Source of the DNA: Vulcanimicrobiota bacterium
Lineage (GTDB): Bacteria; Vulcanimicrobiota; Vulcanimicrobiia; Vulcanimicrobiales; Vulcanimicrobiaceae
Direction of reading: 5' to 3'
Length of the DNA: 64,000 nt
Assembly (NCBI GenBank): GCA_963739845.1
Contig: CAVUBQ010000002.1
Coordinates: 1,129,843 to 1,193,842, forward strand
This document shows, one piece after another, positions 1 to 8,980 of this stretch. The notes below the pieces were generated by a model. It had not been told where the DNA came from. It made no database searches and saw only the letters and a list, made by a program, of their open reading frames with translations. Position 1 is the first letter of the stretch; each line of letters starts with the position of its first letter. The position numbers and the translations under genes were made by a program.

Positions 1-1344
1 GCGAGATGAGCAGCATCGGCACGCGCTGGCCGTTGCCGCAGGGATGGCCGTCGGGGCAGACGAGCCACTTCGGCGGCGGCACGTGATCCCAAAAGCCGCC
101 GGGATCGTCCCACGTGATCACGATCGCCGATTGGCTCCAGTACTTGCTGCGCGCGATCTCGTTGACCAGCGCCGCGACGTCGGCCTCGGCGATCTGCGAA
201 TCGGACTCGCCCGGATGGTCGTCGTCGCCGGTGAACGTAAACGGCGCGGCGTTGGCCGGATGCAGATCCTGATTGCTTCCGAATCCGCCCTTTAGGTAGA
301 AGAGGCCGCCGTCGCCGAGCTTTCCGCCTTCGACGTCGGAGGCGAACTGCGTGATGTCGGCTACGTGGCGATCCATCGTCTGGTTGTTCGCGACGTAGCC
401 GAAGTAGTGCGGCGCGAGGTGGTGCGTCACCAGCGTGACGCGCCCGGGATCTTTCGGGTTGGCGTAGCCTTGCTGATACCACGTCCAGCCGACCGGCGCG
501 CTGCCTTGCGTGCGCAGGAAGGCGATGTCGTCGCCGATGTCTTGCGTGTACTTGGTCAGCTGGCCCGCTTCGGCGCCCTCGAGGTTGAGCAGCACGTTCG
601 CGTAGGTCTGGTCGACCTGGTGTTCCTTGCTGTAATCGGCGGTGTTGTACGGCCCCCACGCCGGATCGAGATCGACGAACATCGGCACGCCGCGGCCGCC
701 GGCGCCTTTCGGCTCGGCCGTGTAGGGCGGCCCGGCCGCGCCGTAGCGCGCGTACTCGGTCTCGCCGTTTTGCGCCGCGATGATCTCGACGTTGCTCGGC
801 GCCGACGGTGCGCGCGCGCCTTGGAAGAACGAGTCGTAGAGCGCGAAGCGGCTCGCGTACATCCAGAGGTAGGGAATCGTGTCGCAATCGACGTGCGCCA
901 TCGACTCGTCGCCGACCGATGCTGCTTCGGCGTCGTCGGTCATGCCGAGCGCGGCTTTCGCTTTGGCCGGGAGACTTTGCGCCCATTTGCCTTCCGCGCC
1001 GACGAAGCCGTCCATCGTGTCGCCGTGGATGCCGGCGTCCATGAAGTCGCGCGCGTTGTTTAGCAGGCCGACGTCGGGCGCGACGATGCGAAACGCGTGT
1101 GTCTGGCGCTTGCGCGATCGGGTTATACTGCGTGAAGCCGTGCGCGGCGGCGTCGGGCGTGTAGATGCCGTTGGCTCCGGGGAACGTGCCGAAGTAGTGA
1201 TCGAACGACCGGTTCTCCTGATAGATCACGAAGACGTAGCGCACGCGATCGTGGATCAGGCTCTGCAGCGACGGCGGCCGGAGGCGGGCTCGGGCCCACC
1301 GCGACGAGCGTGAAGAGAGCACCCAAGAGAACGAGAGGTCGCAT
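1..1344 (-). CDS. phosphoesterase family protein (phospholipase C / AcpA acid phosphatase-like); C-terminus cut by window edge; apparent frameshifts
   Basis: My own minus-strand translation gives signal peptide MRPLVLLGALFTLVAV, then LIHDRVRYVFVIYQENRSFDHYFGTFPGANG, CDTIPYLWMYASRFALYDSFF and HPGESDSQIAEADVAALVNEIARSKYWSQSAIVITWDDPGGFWDHV. Paralogous to 37273-39191 and 61796-63241. The frame changes near ~1290 and ~1100 (acacac run). Confidence 0.8.
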
Positions 1345-1396
1345 GCCTGCGCTAGTTCGCGTTTTAACGCGCCGAAAGCCTGGGTAGTAGGCGAGA

Positions 1397-1771
1397 ATGC
1401 GACACCTTTTATTCACTGGGCTGGCGGTTGCCGCACTCCTCGTGCCGAGCGGTGCCTCGGCGAAGACGGCCTCCGCGTTTGGGATCGTCCTGCAACGTTG
1501 CGTCGTGAATGAAACGGGAACTCACGCGAACACCGACGGCGTCAACGTTGTCTATTACAACTCCCATCAAACCCCCGCGACCGAAGTGGACTTCTACGTC
1601 AAGTATCACGGCAAGGTCTACACGATGATCGATCACGGGTCGTTTACGCACTACGCGCAGATCAACCACAATCTCGGGAACATGCTCGTTGGAAATGTTT
1701 GGCAAGGTCAAGATCCGGAGCTCTGCATACCGTCGCGGGTCGTCTTTGCGACCGGGAGAGTGCTCGAGTAG
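1397..1771 (+). CDS. hypothetical secreted protein
   Basis: 124-aa ORF with signal peptide MRHLLFTGLAVAALLVPSGASA. No family recognised. Confidence 0.5.
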   Translation: MRHLLFTGLAVAALLVPSGASAKTASAFGIVLQRCVVNETGTHANTDGVNVVYYNSHQTPATEVDFYVKYHGKVYTMIDHGSFTHYAQINHNLGNMLVGNVWQGQDPELCIPSRVVFATGRVLE

Positions 1772-1781
1772 CGCTGCGGCG

Positions 1782-2060
1782 CTAAGGGTCTAGATACGGA
1801 TCGCGGCCGGGATCACCGCCCTCGGCCGCGCTCTTCAAGCGCGCCAAGTAGTGCTGCCAGCCTTCGTTATGCGAAGTCCGTGATTCGTCGGTCGGCAGGC
1901 GATGATGCACCAGACGCACGAGCGTTCCGGGCGTTCGCTCTTCGAGCGTAATTTCGACCAGCGTCGATCCAGGCTCGATGCCCATCATCTCGTTCTCATA
2001 ACCCCAGGTAAAGGCGACTTTGCGGTTCGGAACGACCTCAACGTAGCTTCCGCGCGCCAC
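1782..2060 (-). CDS. SRPBCC / AHSA1-like domain protein, probably N-terminally truncated or frameshifted
   Basis: VAFTWGYENEMMGIEPGSTLVEITLEERTPGTLVRLVHHRLP..HNEGWQHYLARL resembles the C-terminal half of AHSA1/SRPBCC proteins. Only ~114 codons fit before the upstream gene, and the ATG at 2123 is in another frame. Confidence 0.5.
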   Translation of the reverse strand: MARGSYVEVVPNRKVAFTWGYENEMMGIEPGSTLVEITLEERTPGTLVRLVHHRLPTDESRTSHNEGWQHYLARLKSAAEGGDPGRDPYLDP

Positions 2061-2120
2061 CGTTCTACCGGTCGGCGAGACGCGGTATATCCCATCGGGC
2101 CGCGTCGAGTACGGCCTCGT

Positions 2121-2348
2121 TCATCGTTCGTCGCGCTCAGCCCGGATGTCCGTCGTCGCCGCGCCGGCGGGTGAACGCGCAAAGAGTCGATCCAGGCGAG
2201 CCAACGATCGCTGCGCCCTCGAGGTTCCGCCCGCCGTGTCGCGCTGCACGCTTTGGGCAAGGTAGGCGCTACGCGAGAGGCCCAGCGCGCGCGCCTTTTC
2301 GTCGATCCGCCGCAGCACGAGCTTGTCGATCGAAATCAACACCTTCAT
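2121..2348 (-). CDS. ribbon-helix-helix (CopG-like) protein
   Basis: Internal Met of ORF 2121..2423: MKVLISIDKLVLRRIDEKARALGLSRSAYLAQSV is an RHH-type N-terminus. Confidence 0.6.
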   Translation of the reverse strand: MKVLISIDKLVLRRIDEKARALGLSRSAYLAQSVQRDTAGGTSRAQRSLARLDRLFARSPAGAATTDIRAERDER

Positions 2349-2438
2349 GTCTGCGAGTATATCCCAGGTATATCCCACCTGGCCAAGGCGGCCGCGATTG
2401 AATAAGGGCTCATTCGGCGGCATGCGGAAGAGCCGGCG

Positions 2439-3495
2439 ATGACCGACCGCCTTACGCTCGTGCTCAAGTGGCTGCTGGTCATCGTCCTTGCCTTCTACGC
2501 AGGGCAGGTCGTGCTCGAGTTCCTCAACCGAATTCGCCCCGTCATCTACATCTTGATCGCGGCGATCTTTCTCGCGTACCTGATCTATCCCGTCGTCCAG
2601 CGGCTGCGGCGCAGAATGCCGCTGGTTGCGGCGATCGCCCTCGTCTATGCGGCGATTCTCGTCGTGATCGTCGTCGGTGGGTACTTCATCGTTCCGCGCA
2701 TCATGGACGATGTCACCATGCTCGTGCAGCGCTATCCGGATCTGATCGCGCGCCTGAACTCAATCGTCTACGATCCAAACGATCCGCTGACCGCGCGCCT
2801 GCCGCAGTGGATGCGAAACGAGCTTGCGGCGGTGCCGGCCGAGCTCGCGGCGTGGGTGAAACTCCACGGCTTCGAGTCGTTCGGCCATATCGTCGTCGTG
2901 CTGGCCGGAACCTTCGCCGCCGTGGCGATCTTCATCATCGTGCCGCTGGTCGCGGCGTATCTGTTGCTCGATCTGGAGAATCTGCGACGCGGTCTTGCTG
3001 CGATCGTTCCGAAGGAGCGCTTGCAGGTCACGTTCGATGTGCTCGCGGAGATCGACGGCGTGATCGGCGGCTTCATCCGAGGCCAGCTGCTCGTGGCGCT
3101 TCATCGTCGGCGTGCTGATCACGATCGCGCTGCTGCTGCTCCACGTGCGCTATGCATTCTTGCTCGGTCTGCTGGCCGCGGTCGGCGATTTGATTCCCTA
3201 CGTCGGAGCGGTCCTCGCATTCGTTCCCGCGTTCATCTCTTCGCTGCTCAACAACGGCTGGGTCAACGCGCTGCTGGTTACCGGCGCAATCGTCATTATC
3301 TACGAGGTCGAAGGGCATCTCATCGCGCCCAACATCGTCGGCAGCCAGGTTCGGCTCAGCCCGTTCATCGTGCTGCTGGCGCTGTTGATCGGAGCCGAAC
3401 TGGGCGGCATCTTCGGAATGCTGATCGCCGTGCCGGTGGCCGGCGTGCTGCGGGTTGTGGGGCGGCGCGTTCTCGCCCGCTCGCGGGCGAACTAG
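2439..3495 (+). CDS. AI-2E (PerM) family transporter, 1-nt frame change near 3100
   Basis: ORFs 2439..3527 (first ~220 aa) and 3112..3495 join as ..FIRGQLLVAL/IVGVLITIALLLLHVRYAFLLGLLAAVGDLIPYVGA..YEVEGHLIAPNIVGSQVRLSPF. Multi-TM protein. Confidence 0.8.
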
Positions 3496-3496
3496 G

Positions 3497-4334
3497 TTAC
3501 GACGCCAACACCCCGGTCAGGAGTTGAAGCTTGCGTTCGGTCTCGGATCCGGGCGCGGCGGTAAGCACGACCATGCGCATGTCGCCGTCGCCGGGGATAT
3601 CGAGGGCGGTGTGATCGAGGATCAGCTCGCCGACCTCGGGATGGTTGAAGCGCTTGAGGCCCTCGGTCGTGCCGAGCACGTCGTGCTCCGCCCAGAGCCT
3701 GCGGAAGTCGGCCGAGTTCGTGCGCAGCTCTTCGATCAGCTCGATGAAGCCCGGATCGCTGGGATACTTGGCGGCGACGGCGCGAAATTGCGCGGCTGCT
3801 CGGCGCATCGTGCTCTCCGGATCGCCGTAGCGGCAGCGCGAGGCCGGATCGCAGAAGAGGCGCCACACCATATTGCGGGGCTCGCCCGGTCGCGCTGGAG
3901 ATGTCGATCACCGCGTCGGCGCTGGCGTTCCAGGCGAGAATGTCAAAGCGACGGCCGCGGATATATGCCGGCAGCGGGTTCAATCCGTCGAGGACGCGGC
4001 GCACCAGGTCGCTCACGTGCTCCTCTTCTTGCGGGGCGAACGTCAAAGCGAGCCCGGCCAGGAGGTAGAGGTGCCGGCGCTCATCGGAGGTGAGCTGCAG
4101 CGCGCGGGCGATGGCGTCGAGCACGTCGGCCGAGACGTTGATCGGCAGCCCTTGCTCGAGGCGGGTATACCAGGTCGCGCCGATGCTGGCCAGCAGCGCT
4201 ACCTCTTCACGGCGTAGGCCCGGGGTCCGGCGGCGCGGGCCGTCGGGCAGGCCGACGTCTGAGGGCATGATCTTCGCGCGGCGCGTCTTCAGAAAATCGC
4301 TGAGCTCGAGGCGGCGCTCGGGGGTTGAGTTCAT
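3497..4334 (-). CDS. XRE-type HTH regulator with MmyB-like C-terminal domain, frame change near 3880
   Basis: MNSTPERRLELSDFLKTRRAKIMPSDVGLPDGPRRRTPGLRREEVALLASIGATWYTRLEQG.., then ORF 3497..3871 (MVWRLFCDP..FIELIEELRTNSADFRRLWAEHDV) continues the same protein. Confidence 0.75.
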
Positions 4335-4449
4335 CGGGAGAACCTCTAAGGTAGGCGGGCCAGTACTAGGATAAACACGGGTCTGGTCATAGTATCTCAT
4401 CCGCGGTAGCCTAAGCGCAAGCCTTACCCTCCAGAACCACAGGACTCAC

Positions 4450-6020
4450 ATGCCGGTTGCCGAGAGAGCCGCCGTCACGGTCGGCCTCGTTCCCCCTCGT
4501 GCCATGAAGGCCGCCCCGCGGCCGGCGCCGCCGAGCGCGTCGCTGGTCGAGTACGGTGCGCGCCGGTATCTCGTCGTGGTCGGCGTTATGCTCGCGGCGC
4601 TGTTGCAGACGGTAGATCTCACGATCGTCAACGTCGCGCTTCCGACCGTTCAGGGCAATCTCGGTGCCACCACCGATGAGGCGACGTGGGTGTTGACCGC
4701 GTACGTGATCGCCAACGTCGTTGTGATTCCGCTCGCGCCCTGGCTGCAGCTGCGCTTCGGGCGCAAGAACTACTTTCTCGCGTCGATTGCGGGATTCACG
4801 ATCGCGTCGTTGCTCTGCGGCTTCGCCACCTCGCTGACCGCACTGATTTTTTTCCGCGTGGTGCAGGGCGCGTTCGGCGGCGGCCTGCTCGCGACGGCAC
4901 AAGTCGTGCTGCGCGACACGTTTCCGCCTGCGCAGCTGGGCATGAGCCAATCGATCTTCGCGCTGGGAACGATCGTCGGTCCATCGGTCGGCCCGACGTT
5001 GGGCGGTATCCTGGTCGACAACTTTTCCTGGCCGTGGATCTTCGACGTGAACCTCGTTCCCGGGATACTGGCCTTCGTGATCTTATTGCGCTACATGCGC
5101 GAGGATGGGCGGCGCGTGCGCGCGCCGATCGATCGTCACCGGCATCGGTTTGTTGATCGTCGCCGTCAGCTGCATGCAGTTCGTGCTCGATCAGGGGCAG
5201 CATAACGACTGGTTCTCAGACCCGTCGATCGTCGTTTCTACGTGGCTCGCGATCGCCGCCGGCGTGGCCTTCGTGTGGTGGGAGCTGCGCGTGGATCAGC
5301 CGGTCGTGGACATACGCGTACTGCGCAGCCCCGCCGTCGCTGCGGCACTCGCGATCGCCGCCGCCTACGCCGCCGTCATCTTTCCGAGCCTCTTGCTCTT
5401 GCCGCAGTTCACCATCGACAACCTGGGCTTGACCAGCACGCTGGCCGGGAGTGCTGATCGGGATTCGCGCCCTGCCCGTGCTGCTGTTGACCATTCCGGT
5501 CGCTCGGATCACCGGCATTCCGCGCTTCGACTTGCGCTGGGCGATCGGCGGCGGCTTGGCGGTTGCCGGGCTCGGCACGCTGTGGCTCGCGAGCGCAGTT
5601 ACGACGACGAGCGACTTCCACTCCTTCGTCGGTCCGCTCTTGGTCATCGGCGCCGGCTCGGCGTTCGTCTATACGCCGTTGCTCGTCGCGACGATGCGCG
5701 CGGTCGCGCCCGACGCGGGCGCGAAGGCGGCATCATTTATCGTCCTGTTCTTCCAGCTCGGCGGTTCGATCTCGTCGGCCGGGATGGTCGCCTTCTTCGA
5801 CCGCCGCCTGCAGTTCCATCAAACGATTCTCGCCGCGCAAACGACGCTCTCTAGGCTGCCGATAACCGAGTTCTTGAAACACGGCAGCCTCAGCCAGCTT
5901 GCCGCGGCCGTCGAAGCCCAAGCGGCTGCGCTCTCCTACGCGGACGCGTTCCTCGTCACCGGCGCCGCCGCGATCCTTATCGTCCCCAGCGTGCTGCTCT
6001 TGGCACGCAGAACCACATAG
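4450..6020 (+). CDS. MFS transporter, DHA2 (EmrB/QacA-like, 14 TM); two frame changes (~5105, ~5450); start may be the Met at 4504
   Basis: LLQTVDLTIVNVALPTVQGNLGAT, FFRVVQGAFGGGLLATAQVVLRDTFPP and GPSVGPTLGGILVDNFSWPWIF. Three overlapping ORFs (4450, 5105, 5451) concatenate into one transporter. Confidence 0.8.
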
Positions 6021-6034
6021 GAGTCTCTCAAACG

Positions 6035-6316
6035 ATGCAAACCGAAGCTGCGTGCGATCGGCTCTGCGACGATATCGCCACGCTTCTGCTCCTCGTGCAG
6101 CCGGCGACGCCGGTGGCGGCATTTGCGGCAGCGCGCGCAACGCGCGACGTCGCCTCCGCCCTGCACCACGCCGCCGGCGATCCTGCGAATCCTCGCTGGC
6201 ACGACGCGATCGAAAGCCTGGAGCATTTTCTCAACTACCCCGCGCGCTCTCCCGAAGCGAGGGCCTCTTCTCAACTGCTCGAGCTGCGCGCGTTCGTCGA
6301 GGAGAACGCCGCCTAA
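6035..6316 (+). CDS. hypothetical protein
   Basis: 93-aa ORF directly after the MFS gene. No family recognised. Confidence 0.35.
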   Translation: MQTEAACDRLCDDIATLLLLVQPATPVAAFAAARATRDVASALHHAAGDPANPRWHDAIESLEHFLNYPARSPEARASSQLLELRAFVEENAA

Positions 6317-6328
6317 AGCGCGGTCAAC

Positions 6329-7249
6329 CTAGCCGGACCCGATCCACTTCACTACGACCTTGTCATCCGAAAGAATGGCTGACACGGTGTCATTTCCGCC
6401 CGATCCGGTGATCTCAACGGTGATGGCGCCATTCGCATTCACGTTGAAGGCGTGGTCCTTGGTGCCGGCCGAACAGTTCTGAAAGACCACCGTCGAGAAG
6501 ACCGGCAGGATGGATGAGATACCTTCCACGATCCATTCTGCGGAGGCGCCGATGCTCGTGACGTTATTAGGCGGCGTGATGCCGATGCTGGTCGCCACGT
6601 TGCTTGTCTTGTTCAACATCGAACAAAAGCCATGGTCGGGTTGGGGCGCGCAGACGAGCACCGTAATATAGTCGCCCGGGTTGATCGGAAAGTTGGTAAC
6701 CTGAATTGGTGGCAGAGTATACCACTCCGTCCATACCCAGTTGACAGTGCTGCTGCCGGTAACCGTGGCGGCAGTGCCCGCCTGCAACACTTGCCCGTTG
6801 TTATATCCATCAATTCCCACCCAGAAGCCCACGGTTTGGCCGCCCGGCGGTTCGTTGGGAATCGGCGTCACGTTTGGAATAAACCACTCACCATACACGG
6901 TGTTCACCGGTTCGGGAGGGTTATAGTTTAAGACGGTTCCTAGCACGACCGCGCCTGCCCAACCGCTTGGGCTGAAATCTTTGACCTCGATTCTTTTATC
7001 GAGTACCGGCCGTTTCCGTTTGGCCATTACGGGATCGATCGCTATCTCTGCTTTAATGAACCGCGGCTTTGAAGCTAAGGCCCTGTCCCAGATGGCGCGC
7101 AGGTGCGGTTCCCGTGCCGCATCCGGCCGGCGCGGAAATCCGTGCTTTCGCAGCAGCCGTTCCTCGGCTACGTTGGGGTCGAAGCCCTCGGGCGGTGCAT
7201 CGTAAGCGATAAAGTGGCTCAATGCCTCTTGGTCAGTCATTTTTTGCAT
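6329..7249 (-). CDS. peptidase G1 (eqolisin / scytalidoglutamic peptidase-like) domain protein
   Basis: SPSGWAGAVV..WFIPNVTP..FWVGIDGYNNGQVLQAGTAATV..VNWVWTEWYTLPP carries the Gln (LQAG) and Glu (TEWY) contexts typical of G1 peptidases. About 90-aa N-terminal leader. Confidence 0.65.
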   Translation of the reverse strand: MQKMTDQEALSHFIAYDAPPEGFDPNVAEERLLRKHGFPRRPDAAREPHLRAIWDRALASKPRFIKAEIAIDPVMAKRKRPVLDKRIEVKDFSPSGWAGAVVLGTVLNYNPPEPVNTVYGEWFIPNVTPIPNEPPGGQTVGFWVGIDGYNNGQVLQAGTAATVTGSSTVNWVWTEWYTLPPIQVTNFPINPGDYITVLVCAPQPDHGFCSMLNKTSNVATSIGITPPNNVTSIGASAEWIVEGISSILPVFSTVVFQNCSAGTKDHAFNVNANGAITVEITGSGGNDTVSAILSDDKVVVKWIGSG

Positions 7250-7487
7250 GCTTTGGTTCCTTTCTCGGCTTTAGCACGGCAGACTTACGTTCGGCCATTG
7301 CCCGATCGATGGCGAGCACGGGTTTTATGAATGCCGGCTTTGAGGTCAGAGATTCGTCCACCAGCTCTCGTGCAAGCGCAGACATGTCCGCATCGGTAGC
7401 AGTTTCCGACGAAGGTAAAAGCCCTCCGCCGGCGGTGTAATGCTTTAGCGCTTCCCGATCGGTCATTTTACGCTTACGCTTGGCCAT
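7233..7487 (-). CDS. small ORF paralogous to the N-terminal leader of the adjacent G1 peptidase
   Basis: KMTDREALKHY..SKPAFIKPVLAIDRAMAERKSAVL compares with KMTDQEALSHF..SKPRFIKAEIAIDPVMAKRKRPVL in the downstream gene. Overlaps its start by 17 nt. Confidence 0.45.
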   Translation of the reverse strand: MAKRKRKMTDREALKHYTAGGGLLPSSETATDADMSALARELVDESLTSKPAFIKPVLAIDRAMAERKSAVLKPRKEPKHAKND

Positions 7488-8311
7488 GGCTGCAGCTTAT
7501 CTCCCGGCGTTCGATCTTCTTTAACAGCGCTTTGAGGGTCTTAGCGTTATGGTTGCCGGCCATCCCTTGCAACTGATGCTCGGGCGTCGGCAACGATTGT
7601 TCCCTGCTTACCTCGAACAGCGAAATAAATCGCTGCGTTGTCGTAACTTCCAAAGGTTTGGCGCTTCGATTAGCGTGCTGCCGTCGAGGATCGGAGACGC
7701 TTATTATGGACTGGCATTCCCGGTTAAATGAATCCTGAAAGGCTGCGGAGCAGGCGAAGGCAGCTTCTCGCCCAACGCGTTCCAATAGCAACTTCTGCAG
7801 GAAGGACCAGGCACCGGTATCGCTATGAATCGATTGTTCCGCGACCACCGTGTTTTCAGCCAGTGAATTTACTTGCGAATATTGTTGCCTGAAAGTGCCG
7901 TCGACATACCAATGCCGCGAGCAGTGATTTGCATTTATCAGTCCGGAGTCAATGATGAAAAAGGAGCCGGTACACAGGCCCGCTATCTCCGCACCGGCTC
8001 GATACTGTTTTCGGATCCAAGGAATCAAAGCAGAATTTCAGCTGAATCGTTTCGGAGATATTGCCGGCCATCGCTGGTATGATGGCTACGTCGGTTGCGG
8101 CAACCTCCTCGAGCAGAAGGTCCGGCTTTACAGCGAAATGTGCACCGTACAAATCAGCGCTACCGGCACTGCCAACCAAATGCACGTCGAAAGCTGCTCC
8201 GGCGGCTCCCTTAGCGAGATGGTGATTCGCCAGGTCGAAGATCTTGAACAGACCGACGACGCTGCTCAGCAACACACCGCTGCGCGGCAGCAAAATGGAG
8301 ACATGGGTCAC
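7474..8311 (-). CDS. GlxA-like regulator (DJ-1/PfpI domain, short or degenerate C-terminus), frame change near 8020
   Basis: ORF 7949..8311 (MTHVSILLPRSGVLLSSVVGLFKIFD..VAIIPAMAGN) plus ORF 7474..8028 (IPWIRKQYRAGAEIAGLCTGSFFIIDSGLI). Lower GC than the flanks. Confidence 0.55.
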
Positions 8312-8458
8312 GGCGTAATCGTAGCGTGCATGCTCGCCTCCGCTCTTCCGAGGAGACTCTCGACTCGGGAGGGTGGTGATTCTTCAGGAGGGGCGCGTAG
8401 CCTTTTGTCCGTGCCCCAGGCGCAAGAAAGGGGTCGTCGCGAATCGAACGATGCCGAA

Positions 8459-8980
8459 ATGAACGTGATGCGGTTCATTCGCTGCATCGCCCTGGTCGCG
8501 GTCGCGAGCGTCGGTTCGCCCGTCGCCGGCGTAGCGGCGCCGATCGACGAGCTCGAGCGCTTTGCAGGAACCTGGCAGAGCCAGGGGACGTTCGTCGAAA
8601 CACCCTACAGCAAGGCCGGGCCTGCGACGGCAACGACGACCTGCGCGTGGTCGGGGGATCGCCTCTTCATGATCTGCCAGCAGGTCGTGACGATGGCGGG
8701 CAAACGCGACGACGATCTCGGTATCTACAGCTACGATGAGACTTCTGGCAGCTACCGGTTCTACAACGTCCATCCGGGTCGCACGACGGACACGACGATA
8801 ACCGTACACGGCGACACGATTACTTATCCGTTCTCGTTCACCGACAACGGCAAGAACGTTACGATCCGGACGCTCAACGTTTGGAAGAGCGCCGACCTCT
8901 ATACGTGGCGCACGGAATACTCGACCGACGCGGGCGCGAACTGGGCGCTGATGGCGTCAGGAACGTCTCGTAAGCAATGA
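8459..8980 (+). CDS. hypothetical secreted protein
   Basis: Internal Met of ORF 7952..8980: MNVMRFIRCIALVAVASVGSPVAGVAA signal peptide. The upstream part of that ORF is antisense to the GlxA-like gene. Confidence 0.6.
   Translation: MNVMRFIRCIALVAVASVGSPVAGVAAPIDELERFAGTWQSQGTFVETPYSKAGPATATTTCAWSGDRLFMICQQVVTMAGKRDDDLGIYSYDETSGSYRFYNVHPGRTTDTTITVHGDTITYPFSFTDNGKNVTIRTLNVWKSADLYTWRTEYSTDAGANWALMASGTSRKQ

Noticed and set aside
365-1063. Long ORFs such as 365..1063, 23392..24675, 37379..38734, 49288..50172 and 50186..51397, with Arg/Ala/Gly-rich translations.
   Set aside because: They run antisense to, or out of frame with, genes that have clear family motifs. Their composition is typical of spurious open frames in high-GC DNA.
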